DNA of 64,000 nt from an uncultured Alphaproteobacteria bacterium (GTDB lineage Bacteria; Pseudomonadota; Alphaproteobacteria; Rhizobiales; Xanthobacteraceae), in the NCBI GenBank assembly GCA_963697885.1, contig OY969102.1:423006-487005 (forward strand), written 5' to 3'. Positions within the stretch are counted from its first letter, which is position 1, and every line of letters begins with the position of its first letter. Both the position numbers and the translations under genes were made by a program. Below the pieces are notes generated by a model that was given only the letters and a program-made list of their open reading frames with translations, was not told the origin of the DNA and did not search any database. Shown here piece by piece: positions 11,074-23,362 of the stretch.

Positions 11074-11373
11074 ATGAAAGCCGAGGACAGCGTCGCCATC
11101 GATCTCTCCGGAAAATCGTCCATCGCCGACTACATGGTCGTGACCAGCGGCCGCTCGCAGCGTCATGTGAGCGCCGTTGCCGAACACGTCGTCAAGGACC
11201 TCAAAGCCGCGGGAGCCGTGCACATCCGCGTTGAGGGGATGCGGCAGGGCGACTGGGTGCTCATCGATGCCGGCGACGTCATTGTTCATGTTTTCCGGCC
11301 GGAGGTCCGCATCTTCTACAATCTGGAAAAGATGTGGTCGGCGACCGGCAAGGACGTACGGCGGTCGAGCTGA
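11074..11373 (+). CDS. rsfS: ribosome silencing factor RsfS (minimal extent; the true start is probably upstream)
   Basis: MKAEDSVAIDLSGKSSIADYMVVTSGRSQRHVSAVAEHV...DWVLIDAGDVIVHVFRPEVRIFYNLEKMW aligns with E. coli RsfS. The in-frame similarity (ETLSTVLARLED) continues upstream of the first ATG. Confidence 0.85.
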   Translation: MKAEDSVAIDLSGKSSIADYMVVTSGRSQRHVSAVAEHVVKDLKAAGAVHIRVEGMRQGDWVLIDAGDVIVHVFRPEVRIFYNLEKMWSATGKDVRRSS

Positions 11374-11388
11374 TAGGCTGGCGGCGCG

Positions 11389-11871
11389 ATGCGCATCGTC
11401 GTTGCCGCTATCGGACGCCTGAAAAAGGGTCCGGAAACCGAACTGTCCGAGCGCTACCGCAAGCGCGCGGTTCAAACGGGCCGTCAACTCGGCCTGCGCG
11501 ACGTTGAGATCATCGAAATTCGGGAAAGTCGGGCCGATGATTCCGGCAAGCGCATGCTTGAGGAGTCGATCGCGCTGGCCAACGTCATTCCGAAAGACGC
11601 CGCAGTCGTGCTTCTCGATCCACGCGGGCAAAATGTCGATAGCGCGGGACTTGCGGCAAACCTTGCAAAGTGGCGGGCCAATGGCCGACCCGCGATCGTA
11701 TTCATGATCGGCGGTGCCGACGGGCTGGCGCCAAGTGTCTGCGAGAAGGCTGACCTGCGCCTGTCATTCGGGACGGCGACCTGGCCCCACCAGCTGGTCC
11801 GCGTCATGTTGCTGGAACAGCTTTATCGCGCCACCACCATTCTGACCGGCCACCCTTACCATCGAGCCTGA
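11389..11871 (+). CDS. rlmH: 23S rRNA (pseudouridine1915-N3)-methyltransferase
   Basis: 160 aa with the SPOUT fold and C-terminus FGTATWPHQLVRVMLLEQLYRATTILTGHPYHR. Confidence 0.92.
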   Translation: MRIVVAAIGRLKKGPETELSERYRKRAVQTGRQLGLRDVEIIEIRESRADDSGKRMLEESIALANVIPKDAAVVLLDPRGQNVDSAGLAANLAKWRANGRPAIVFMIGGADGLAPSVCEKADLRLSFGTATWPHQLVRVMLLEQLYRATTILTGHPYHRA

Positions 11872-11965
11872 ATTGACGGCTCTCCGCGCCATACCCCGAT
11901 TTGGTCGCAATCCACGTCAATAGGTTACCGATGATTAGCTTGCCGTTCGGTCTTGCCGGCGTATC

Positions 11966-13312
11966 GTGAAAGCGATGATTTGCTTCTGGGGATTCGGCCA
12001 ATTCGATCTGCGCACCGCGCTCGTCGCGGGGCTCGGACTGGTATTGCCGCTCGCCCTGGCTGCGACGACCGGGGCGCAGGAGCGACCTGTCTTGCTCGCG
12101 CAGAACAGCAATACGGAAAAGCTCGATGCACTCAAGCAGCGCGATGACGAGCTCAAATCCGCGCGCGACGAACAACGCAAATCGGCGGATGCCGAAGCGG
12201 CGCTGAAACGGGAGATCGAACAGATCGGCGCCGACCGGCGCAAGCTCAATCAGGATCTGATCGATACCGCGACGCGCTTGCGTGGCGTCGAATCGAAAAT
12301 CGCGGCTACGCAAGAAAGGCTCAAGCCGCTCGACGACAACGAACGCAATATTCGCAAATCGCTCGATGGTCGCCGCGCTGTGATCGGCGAGGTGCTGGCC
12401 GCGTTGCAGCGGATCGGACGCCGGCCACCCGCGGCGCTGATCTCAAGTCCGGAGGATGCGCTGCAATCGGTACGGACAGCGATGGTACTCGGCGCGGTGT
12501 TGCCTGAAATGCGGCATGAAGTCGAAGCGCTCGCCAACGACCTCTCGGCTTTGGTCGCGCTGCGCAAAAAAATTGACGCAGAGCGCGATCAGCTGAAGAC
12601 CGAAATAGCCTCGCTCGGCGGCGAACAGACGCGCATGACCGCGCTGGTGGACGAACGCCAGAAGCAACTCGGTGAGCGTGAGAAGGCGCTCGACGCCGAA
12701 CGGACTCGCGCGGGAAATCTGGGGCACCAGGTCGACAATCTCAAAGATTTGATCGCCAAACTCGAACAAGGCCTCGATCCGGGGACACGCGAAGCGCGTG
12801 AAGCGGCGCGCTCGGATAGCCGTCCCGCGCTATCGGCATTCCGCGACCCGGGCCGTCTGGCTCCCGCCGTGGCTTTCGCCTCGTTGCGCGGACAAGTTCC
12901 TATTCCGGTTAACGGCGTCAAGTTGAAGGAATTTGGCACCCCCGACGCCAATGGCGGGGCGGAAAAGGGCGTTTCCATCGCAACCCGGGCCGGGGCGCAA
13001 GTTACGGCGCCGGCCGATGGCTGGGTGGTCTATGCCGGTTCATTTCGGTCCTATGGGCAACTCTTGATACTTAATGTCGGCGGCGGCTATCATGTCTTGC
13101 TCGCTGGGATGGATCGGATATCAGTTGATCTCGGGCAGTTCGTGCTGACCGGGGAACCCGTTGCAGTTATGGGAAATGGCTCCCATATCGCCGCTATCCT
13201 AGCGACAGGTTCCAGCCAACCGGTGCTCTACGTTGAATTTCGTAAGGACGGGGTTCCCGTCGATCCAGGCCCATGGTGGGCAGCTGGCGAAGGTGAAAAG
13301 GTTCGCGGATGA
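11966..13312 (+). CDS. murein hydrolase activator EnvC-like, M23 peptidase domain protein
   Basis: Signal/TM segment, long coiled coil (KQRDDELKSARDEQRKS...), then a C-terminal M23/LytM-like domain (GVSIATRAGAQVTAPADGWVVYAG...GQLLILNVGGGYHVLLAG). Confidence 0.85.
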   Translation: MKAMICFWGFGQFDLRTALVAGLGLVLPLALAATTGAQERPVLLAQNSNTEKLDALKQRDDELKSARDEQRKSADAEAALKREIEQIGADRRKLNQDLIDTATRLRGVESKIAATQERLKPLDDNERNIRKSLDGRRAVIGEVLAALQRIGRRPPAALISSPEDALQSVRTAMVLGAVLPEMRHEVEALANDLSALVALRKKIDAERDQLKTEIASLGGEQTRMTALVDERQKQLGEREKALDAERTRAGNLGHQVDNLKDLIAKLEQGLDPGTREAREAARSDSRPALSAFRDPGRLAPAVAFASLRGQVPIPVNGVKLKEFGTPDANGGAEKGVSIATRAGAQVTAPADGWVVYAGSFRSYGQLLILNVGGGYHVLLAGMDRISVDLGQFVLTGEPVAVMGNGSHIAAILATGSSQPVLYVEFRKDGVPVDPGPWWAAGEGEKVRG

Positions 13313-14646
13313 TGCGCAAGACCTCACTTATTCTTCTCGGCGCGGCAGCGGGAGCAGCAATGACGCTGCTCGCGGTTCAGCCACGCATCGTACTTTTCGG
13401 CGCGACTGCCAAGGCAGCAGCTGCTGATACCTACCGGCAGCTCAATCTGTTCGGTGACGTGTTCGAGCGCGTGCGCGCCGATTACGTCGAGAAACCGGAC
13501 GACAGCAAGCTGATCGAGACTGCGATCAACGGCATGCTGGCCGGGCTCGATCCGCACTCAAGTTACATGGACTCCAAAAGCTTTCGCGACATGCAGGTGC
13601 AGACCCGCGGCGAATTTGGCGGGCTTGGCATCGAAGTCACGATGGAAGATGGGCTGATCAAGGTCGTGGCGCCGATCGATGAAACGCCCGCCGCCAAAGC
13701 CGGCGTCATGGCGAACGACATCATCACCAAGCTCGATGACGAGCAGGTGCAGGGCCTGACACTCAACCAGGCCGTCGAGAAGATGCGCGGGCCAGTGAAC
13801 ACCAAGATCAAGCTCACCATCATGCGCAAGGGCCAGGACAAGCCGGTCGAAGTATCGATCACGCGCGACGTCATCCGGGTGCGTTCGGTGCGTTCGCAGT
13901 CCGAAGGCGAGGACGTTGGCTATATCCGGCTCACGCAGTTCAATGAGCAGACCACCGAAGGGCTGAAGAAGGCGATCACCGACATCGGTGCGAAGATCTC
14001 CGACGACAAGCTCAAGGGTTATGTTCTCGACCTGCGCAACAACCCGGGCGGCCTGCTCGATCAGGCAATCTCGGTATCGGATGCCTTCCTTCAAAAGGGC
14101 GAGATCGTATCCACCCGTGGACGCAATGCAGAAGAAACCCAACGTTTCAATGCTCGGCCCGGTGATCTGACAAAAAACAAGCCGCTCATTGTGCTGATCA
14201 ATGGTGGTTCGGCCTCGGCATCTGAAATCGTCGCCGGCGCGCTGCAGGATCACAAACGGGCGACCGTCATCGGCACCCGTTCTTTCGGCAAAGGCTCGGT
14301 GCAGACGATCATTCCGCTCGGCTCGGGCAATGGCGCGCTCCGCCTGACGACGGCGCGCTACTTCACGCCGTCGGGTCGCTCGATCCAGGCAAAAGGCATT
14401 TCGCCCGACATCGAGGTTCTCCAGGACGTGCCGGAAGAACTCAAGGCAAAGACCGATACCAAGGGCGAGGCCTCGTTGCGCGGTCATCTCAAGGGCGATG
14501 AAGGCAAGGAGCAAACCGGCTCGCAATCCTACATTCCGCCGGAGCCCAAGAACGACAAGGCGCTCAACATGGCGCTCGATCTCCTGCGCGGGACTCAGGT
14601 GAATTCGGCGTTCCCGCCGAACTCCAAGGTGCCGGTCCCGAACTAG
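13309..14646 (+). CDS. ctpA: carboxy-terminal processing protease (S41)
   Basis: PDZ plus S41 core (GYIRLTQFNE...LDLRNNPGGLLDQA...VLINGGSASASEIVAGALQDHKRA...GKGSVQT). An ATGA overlap joins it to the upstream gene. Confidence 0.92.
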   Translation: MMRKTSLILLGAAAGAAMTLLAVQPRIVLFGATAKAAAADTYRQLNLFGDVFERVRADYVEKPDDSKLIETAINGMLAGLDPHSSYMDSKSFRDMQVQTRGEFGGLGIEVTMEDGLIKVVAPIDETPAAKAGVMANDIITKLDDEQVQGLTLNQAVEKMRGPVNTKIKLTIMRKGQDKPVEVSITRDVIRVRSVRSQSEGEDVGYIRLTQFNEQTTEGLKKAITDIGAKISDDKLKGYVLDLRNNPGGLLDQAISVSDAFLQKGEIVSTRGRNAEETQRFNARPGDLTKNKPLIVLINGGSASASEIVAGALQDHKRATVIGTRSFGKGSVQTIIPLGSGNGALRLTTARYFTPSGRSIQAKGISPDIEVLQDVPEELKAKTDTKGEASLRGHLKGDEGKEQTGSQSYIPPEPKNDKALNMALDLLRGTQVNSAFPPNSKVPVPN

Positions 14647-14673
14647 GCGCCGGCAGAACGTCAAATGATAGTG

Positions 14674-14709
14674 CGGGGCGGCCACACGGCCGCCCCGATC
14701 GTTTTCAGG
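14674..14709 (+). terminator. intrinsic terminator after ctpA
   Basis: CGGGGCGGCC-ACAC-GGCCGCCCCG is followed by ATCGTTTTC. Confidence 0.7.
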
Positions 14710-14711
14710 CC

Positions 14712-14737
14712 CAAGACGACCAATCAAGACGACCAAT
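14712..14737. repeat. perfect 13-bp tandem duplication
   Basis: CAAGACGACCAAT occurs twice in tandem. A related CCCAAGACG x2 lies at 8275-8292. Confidence 0.85.
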
Positions 14738-14797
14738 CAGACAACGCATTCCGCGCTCCGAGGGCGCTATGTCGCGATCCCAGCGTACAAACGTCGC

Positions 14798-16030
14798 GTG
14801 CTAGACTCCGGCGATGATTCGCGAGGATCCCGCGCAGTGGCACCGGACGATCTGAACACCCCCCTCGGCCAGATCAAAAGCAAGCGCCTGCCGAATATGC
14901 CTGGAACCGCGCCGCAATGGCTGGCCGGTGTGCTGGGGCTGTCCGGTCTGGTGGTCGTCGGATGGGCAGTATTCGTCAAAGATCCGTTGGGCGGCGAGCC
15001 GGTAGCGGTCGTCGCGACCGATCAGCCCGCGACGAAGCAAACCGCACGCGACAGCGACAAAGACGGCAAGGAGCACGCGCGCCACGACGGCCCGTCCGTG
15101 AGCGCACCCGAGCCGGCCGTCGCTCCCTCGCCGCCGCCCGGATCGCGAACGGTCACGATCATCGATGGTTCGAGCGGCGCAAAGCAACAGGTTACCATTC
15201 CGGGTAATGCGCCCGGGGCAAGCGCGTTGCTCGATCCCAAACTACTTGAGACGACACGTCATGGTTCAATTCCGAAAATTGGACCTGACGGCACGCGCCC
15301 GTCGGCACGTTATGCGCATCCGCGCCAGGTCCCGCCGAACAAGAAAGACATGCCTGTCATTGCCATTGTAGTTGGCGGACTTGGCATCAGCGCCTCTGGC
15401 ACCGCCGACGCGTTCGCGAAGCTTCCGGCAACGGTGACCTTCGCGCTGACACCATACGGCGCCGATCTTGAAAAGCTCGCCGAGCACGCCCGCGCCGACG
15501 AGCACGAAGTGCTGTTGCAGGTTCCGATGGAGCCCTTCGACTACCCGGACAATGATCCTGGTCCGCAAACACTGCTGACCTCGCTGTCATCGGAACAGAA
15601 TATCGACCGGCTGCATTGGCTGATGAGCCGCTTCCCGGGCTATGTCGGCGTCATGAGTTACATGGGCGCGCGCTTTACCGCATCCGAACCCGCGCTCGCG
15701 CCGGTGTTGCAGGATGCCGCCAAGCGCGGACTTATTTTCGTCGATGACGGCTCATCCTCGCGCAGCATTGCGGGCCAGCTCGCCGGCAGCCACAACCTGC
15801 CTTTTGCCAAGGCCGATATCGTCCTCGATGTCGTCCCGACACCGGTCGAGATTGACCGCGCGCTGGCGCGGCTCGAGATGAGAGCACGCGACGCCGGAAC
15901 CGCGGTCGGATTTGCGACTGCTCAACCAGCCACCATCGCGCGAATTGCTGAATGGGCGAAGAAAGCGGAATCGCGCGGCTTCCTGCTCGAGCCGATCACC
16001 ATGGTGGCGATCAAGGCCAAGTCGTCGTAA
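14798..16030 (+). CDS. divergent polysaccharide deacetylase family protein (YibQ-like)
   Basis: N-terminal TM segment and Pro-rich linker, then VIAIVVGGLGISASGTADAFAKLPATVTFALTPYG...EVLLQVPMEPFDYPDNDPGPQTLL. The start is uncertain (GTG 14798 or ATG 14897). Confidence 0.8.
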   Translation: MLDSGDDSRGSRAVAPDDLNTPLGQIKSKRLPNMPGTAPQWLAGVLGLSGLVVVGWAVFVKDPLGGEPVAVVATDQPATKQTARDSDKDGKEHARHDGPSVSAPEPAVAPSPPPGSRTVTIIDGSSGAKQQVTIPGNAPGASALLDPKLLETTRHGSIPKIGPDGTRPSARYAHPRQVPPNKKDMPVIAIVVGGLGISASGTADAFAKLPATVTFALTPYGADLEKLAEHARADEHEVLLQVPMEPFDYPDNDPGPQTLLTSLSSEQNIDRLHWLMSRFPGYVGVMSYMGARFTASEPALAPVLQDAAKRGLIFVDDGSSSRSIAGQLAGSHNLPFAKADIVLDVVPTPVEIDRALARLEMRARDAGTAVGFATAQPATIARIAEWAKKAESRGFLLEPITMVAIKAKSS

Positions 16031-16078
16031 CGTCATTCGAAAGCGCGATATTGACGCGCCCGAATTGACGGACAGAAA

Positions 16079-16579
16079 ATGTCTCCCCAGGATTCACTGC
16101 CTTATCGTCCTTGCGCCGGCATGATGGTGCTAAACCGCGCCGGGCTCGTATTCATCGGACGACGTACGGACGGTCCCGAACACGTCGATCCCACACATGT
16201 GTGGCAAATGCCGCAAGGCGGCATCGATGAAAACGAAGACCCGTACAAGGCGGCGCTGCGCGAACTGTACGAAGAAACCAGCATTCGCTCGGTGCAGAAA
16301 CTCGGCGAAGTGGCCGAATGGCTGGCTTACGACCTGCCGAGTCATGTCGTGAAAGAGGCCTGGGGCGGCAAATACCGTGGCCAGAAGCAAAAATGGTACG
16401 CGCTGCGGTTCACCGGCAATGACGGCGAAATCGATATCGCCCAACCCGGCGGCGATCACAAACCTGAATTCGTCGAGTGGCGCTGGGTGGCGATGCAGGA
16501 ATTGCCGGACCTGGTGATCCCGTTCAAACGGGACATCTACCTGCGTGTCGTCCGGGAATTTGAGCGCTTCGCCCGCTGA
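16079..16579 (+). CDS. rppH: RNA pyrophosphohydrolase (NUDIX)
   Basis: [21 protein letters not shown]...[27 protein letters not shown] is the Nudix box. Confidence 0.92.
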   Translation: MSPQDSLPYRPCAGMMVLNRAGLVFIGRRTDGPEHVDPTHVWQMPQGGIDENEDPYKAALRELYEETSIRSVQKLGEVAEWLAYDLPSHVVKEAWGGKYRGQKQKWYALRFTGNDGEIDIAQPGGDHKPEFVEWRWVAMQELPDLVIPFKRDIYLRVVREFERFAR

Positions 16580-16616
16580 GGCGCCGCAGCACTGATGAGT
16601 GGATTCTTAAACGTGA

Positions 16617-16645
16617 ATGTCCGCTTTCGGGGGTAAAGCGGACAT
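16617..16645. repeat. hairpin repeat, family A (ATGTCCGCT...AGCGGACAT), copy a
   Basis: ATGTCCGCTTT-CGGGGGT-AAAGCGGACAT forms an 11-bp stem. It is near-identical to copy d at 18054..18082. Confidence 0.85.
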
Positions 16646-16662
16646 GACCTGGACAGCGCGCA

Positions 16663-16688
16663 ATGTCCGCTAATGACCCAAAGCGGAC
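16663..16688. repeat. hairpin repeat, family A, copy b
   Basis: ATGTCCGCT-AATGACCCA-AAGCGGAC abuts the LysR stop codon. Confidence 0.8.
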
Positions 16689-17591
16689 CTAAGGCCGCGC
16701 ACCGATCAAAACAGGGCGAATTTTTTCGATATTCTCAATTATGTAATCGAAGAAGGCGCTGACACGTGGCGTGCGCCGCAAATCGGGATGCGTGAGCAAA
16801 TAGATTTGCGAGACAAGACCTGGAAGTGGTCCGAATACTAACTCAAGCTCGGCCTCCGCACCTGCAAGCGGAATGGGCAACGGAGCGAGCCCCGCACCAG
16901 ACTTCACCGTCATAATAAGTCCCGTGACAGAGTCACTTCGGGCCGCCACGTTTGCCCGTGGTGCCACCGTTCGAAGCCACTGTCCGGCGTGATGGTCTTT
17001 GATATTGCCCTCAAACCCAATCACCGCATGCTTATTAATTTCATCAATATTTTTGGGCCGCCCATAACGCTCGATATATGACCGACTGGCATAGACGCCC
17101 CACGCAACGTCGGCGATCTTCCGTCCGACGAGCGAATTGTCATCAAGTGCGCCGGCCCGGATGGCGATGTCTGCTGCGCCTTTGGACAGTTCAAAAACCT
17201 GGTCGCTCATTAACAGCTCCACCCTGAGGCCCGGGTAGAGCTTGTGAAAGGTGTCGAGAACCGGCGATTTCGTCAGCCTGTAGCCGATAGATTCCGAGCA
17301 CGTCACGCGCACCGATCCGGTCAACGTCTCGTTTGACGCCACCAGACGGCGCTCCAGCGCTTCAACCGCTTCTTCGACCCGAAGGGCGAAAGGTTGCAGC
17401 TCCTTTCCGAATTCGGTGAGGCGGTACCCCGTGGCGTGGCGAGCCACCAAACGATGCGCGATGCTTTTTTCGAGCTCGGCGAGGCGTCTATGCACGGTCG
17501 ACTGGCTAACCCCAAGGGCCTTCGACGCAGCAATTGTACTGCCGTTGCGGGCGACCGCCAGGAAGTGCCGAAGGTCATTCCAATCGAACAT
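16689..17591 (-). CDS. LysR family transcriptional regulator
   Basis: MFDWNDLRHFLAVARNGSTIAASKALGVSQSTVHRRLAELE is the wHTH, followed by a LysR substrate-binding domain. GC is visibly lower than in the flanks. Confidence 0.92.
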   Translation of the reverse strand: MFDWNDLRHFLAVARNGSTIAASKALGVSQSTVHRRLAELEKSIAHRLVARHATGYRLTEFGKELQPFALRVEEAVEALERRLVASNETLTGSVRVTCSESIGYRLTKSPVLDTFHKLYPGLRVELLMSDQVFELSKGAADIAIRAGALDDNSLVGRKIADVAWGVYASRSYIERYGRPKNIDEINKHAVIGFEGNIKDHHAGQWLRTVAPRANVAARSDSVTGLIMTVKSGAGLAPLPIPLAGAEAELELVFGPLPGLVSQIYLLTHPDLRRTPRVSAFFDYIIENIEKIRPVLIGARP

Positions 17592-17693
17592 CGTTATTCA
17601 TTCTTGATTTCGCGACGAGCAATATCGCGGCTCCCGCGACTTCGAAAATACCCATAAGTATCTCCCATCGATGTAGCCATCAGGAGAGATGCG

Positions 17694-17996
17694 ATGAATG
17701 CCAATAAGGTACATTCCTCTGTTGGGAAGATTTACGACTATGTGAATATCGCGCTTTGGGCAACGTTGACCGCGTTTATTCTCTATTTTGCCGCGTTTGT
17801 GGCGCCCAACGTACCAGAGGCACGCGCGCAAGCTGAACGGCTTCGCATTCAGGAAATCGCGTCGGAGTATAACCATTATTGCCAGAAATGGGGAATGCCG
17901 ACGGGGACGCCGTCGAACCCTCAATGTGTGCTTGATCTTCAGGCGTTTCGCGCAAAAGTCGAGAAGCGCATTGCCGATGAGAATGGTGTTTTTTGA
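17694..17996 (+). CDS. hypothetical small membrane protein (100 aa), divergent from the LysR gene
   Basis: An AGGAGAG RBS sits 5 nt upstream of the ATG. One TM segment (VNIALWATLTAFILYFAAFVAP) is followed by a soluble part with two Cys. Hand-counted GC is about 44-49% over 17601-17800. Confidence 0.5.
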   Translation: MNANKVHSSVGKIYDYVNIALWATLTAFILYFAAFVAPNVPEARAQAERLRIQEIASEYNHYCQKWGMPTGTPSNPQCVLDLQAFRAKVEKRIADENGVF

Positions 17997-18007
17997 TTTC
18001 CATGTCG

Positions 18008-18036
18008 GATGTCCGCTAATAGCACTTAGCGGACAT
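18008..18036. repeat. hairpin repeat, family A, copy c
   Basis: GATGTCCGCTA-ATAGCACT-TAGCGGACAT forms a 10-bp stem. Confidence 0.85.
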
Positions 18037-18053
18037 TCCCAAGCCAGCAACTA

Positions 18054-18082
18054 ATGTCCGCTTTCGGGGGCAGAGCGGACAT
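18054..18082. repeat. hairpin repeat, family A, copy d
   Basis: ATGTCCGCTTTCGGGGGCAGAGCGGACAT has the same loop type as copy a. Confidence 0.85.
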
Positions 18083-18113
18083 CGACCACTCTCGCGATTT
18101 ATGAGCACACGGC

Positions 18114-18524
18114 CTAGTGCATCGCCGTGCCGGTCAGGTGGCGATCGACGTCCTTGAAATGGTCGAGGCGTGTGATGAGCTTGTCGAGTTCCGACCCAGG
18201 CTCTGTTTTCGCGATCTGGCCTTCCAGTTCGCCGATGCGCGTTGCAATCGTGCTGCGATCAAAATCTTCGACCGCTTCGGCGACATCCGCCAGAACAGTC
18301 AGGCCAGCCGCTGACACTTCAGCAAAACCGCCGAGCACGACAATTTTCTGCGCGCCGCTGGCGCCATAGACGGTCAGTATGCCGGGACGCAGCGTCGTGA
18401 CCATTGGCGCGTGATCCGCAAGCACGCCGAATTCACCCTCGGCGCCGGGAACATCGACCTGTTCCACGTCGCCGGAGAACAGCAGCTTTTGCGGCGACAC
18501 CAGTTCGAAATGGAAATTAGCCAT
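18114..18524 (-). CDS. atpC: F0F1 ATP synthase subunit epsilon
   Basis: MANFHFELVSPQKLLFSGDVEQVDVPGAEGEFGVLADHAPMVTTLRPGILTV. Confidence 0.93.
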   Translation of the reverse strand: MANFHFELVSPQKLLFSGDVEQVDVPGAEGEFGVLADHAPMVTTLRPGILTVYGASGAQKIVVLGGFAEVSAAGLTVLADVAEAVEDFDRSTIATRIGELEGQIAKTEPGSELDKLITRLDHFKDVDRHLTGTAMH

Positions 18525-18531
18525 CGTTCAC

Positions 18532-18786
18532 TCAGCCTTTGCGCTTGCCGGCCGCGAAACCCACGCCCAGCCCGATAACCCCGCCGATCGCGGTCATGAT
18601 GGCGATGTGTTGCACCTGGCTGCTGGTCAGCGGTCCACCACCGCGTGCCACCTCATCGCTGCGCACCTCGAAACTGAGCGGACCCAATTTGATCTCGGTC
18701 GACTCCGGGCGCGTCAGATAGCCAGCCAAACCGCCAATCACCAGCCCGGCCAACAGGAACGCAATCAGGTTGGATTGTCCCAGCAT
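18532..18786 (-). CDS. small two-TM protein encoded between atpD and atpC (84 aa)
   Basis: It starts 5 nt after the atpD stop and ends 7 nt before the atpC start. The hydrophobic segments are LIAFLLAGLVIGGLAGYL and IAIMTAIGGVIGLGVGFAAG. GGAGG lies 12 nt upstream. Confidence 0.6.
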   Translation of the reverse strand: MLGQSNLIAFLLAGLVIGGLAGYLTRPESTEIKLGPLSFEVRSDEVARGGGPLTSSQVQHIAIMTAIGGVIGLGVGFAAGKRKG

Positions 18787-18791
18787 CGCTA

Positions 18792-20247
<1,456 letters not shown>

Positions 20248-21123
20248 TTAAAGCGCTTCGGCGCCGGAGATGATCTCGATCAGCTCTTTGGTGATCATCG
20301 CCTGACGGGTGCGGTTATAGGTGAGTGTCTGCTTGCGGATCATTTCGCCGGCGTTGCGGGTCGCATTGTCCATTGCGCTCATTCGAGCACCTTGCTCGGA
20401 GGCGGCGTTTTCCAGAAGCGCTCGGAACACCTGCACGGACAGATTGCGCGGCAGCAACTCGGCGAGGATTTCTTCCTCTTCCGGCTCGTATTCATACGCA
20501 GCGGCAGGACCCGTGTCCCCGGCCTTTTCGAACACCGGCGGAATGATCTGTTGCGCGGTCGGAATTTGCGCAATCACCGATCTAAAGCGCGAGAAGAACA
20601 GCGTGCAGACATCGAACGCGCCTTCGTCGAAAAGTGTGACAATTTTCCTGGCGATCATGTCGGCTTGCTCGAAGCCGATGGTGCGCACGCCGCGCAGTTC
20701 GATCGTTTCGATGATCTGCTTGGCGTAGACTCGTCGCAGCTGATCCTGTCCTTTGCGTCCGACGCACAGAATCTTGACCTCTTTGCCCTCATTCATCAGG
20801 GCATTTGCTCGCTCACGCGCCAGCCGCACGATCGACGAATTGAAAGGCCCGCACAGGCCGCGCTCGGCGGTGCAAACCGCCAGCAAATGCACTTTGTCGC
20901 CGCCGGTGCCGGCAAGCAGCCGCGGCGCGGAATCACTGCCAGCCACTGCCGCCGCGATCGAGCCCAGCACCTTGCCCATGCGCTCGGCGTAAGGACGCGC
21001 GGCTTCGGCGGCGCTCTGCGCACGACGCAGCTTCGACGCCGCGACCATCTGCATGGCCTTGGTGATTTTCTGCGTCGCCTTGGTCGCGGCGATGCGAACA
21101 CGCATGTCCTTGAGGCTGGCCAT
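20248..21123 (-). CDS. atpG: F0F1 ATP synthase subunit gamma
   Basis: [36 protein letters not shown]...[15 protein letters not shown]. Confidence 0.95.
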   Translation of the reverse strand: MASLKDMRVRIAATKATQKITKAMQMVAASKLRRAQSAAEAARPYAERMGKVLGSIAAAVAGSDSAPRLLAGTGGDKVHLLAVCTAERGLCGPFNSSIVRLARERANALMNEGKEVKILCVGRKGQDQLRRVYAKQIIETIELRGVRTIGFEQADMIARKIVTLFDEGAFDVCTLFFSRFRSVIAQIPTAQQIIPPVFEKAGDTGPAAAYEYEPEEEEILAELLPRNLSVQVFRALLENAASEQGARMSAMDNATRNAGEMIRKQTLTYNRTRQAMITKELIEIISGAEAL

Positions 21124-21167
21124 ATCTTCTCAGTCGCTCTTAACCGTTTTACTCGTCTCTCTTCTCT

Positions 21168-21236
21168 GTCATGCCCGGCCTTGTGCCGGGCATCTCGCTG
21201 GACTATCGGGATGGCCGGGACAAGCCCGGCCATGAC
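21168..21236. repeat. hairpin repeat family B, double copy in the atpA-atpG spacer
   Basis: GTCATGCCCGGCCTTGTGCCGGGCAT (21168-21193) is identical to the copy at 34508. ATGGCCGGGACAAGCCCGGCCATGAC (21211-21236) is the reverse complement of the 49792 type. Confidence 0.85.
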
Positions 21237-21239
21237 AAC

Positions 21240-23362
<2,123 letters not shown>

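Noticed and set aside
16617-16691. Tiny ORFs generated by the hairpin repeats. Examples are ATG TCC GCT TTC GGG GGT AAA GCG GAC ATG... (MSAFGGKADM...) and the HARPCAGH and GLPGQARP peptides from family B repeats.
   Set aside because: They are translations of palindromic repeats that recur in intergenic spacers. Such ORFs are likely annotation artefacts rather than genes.
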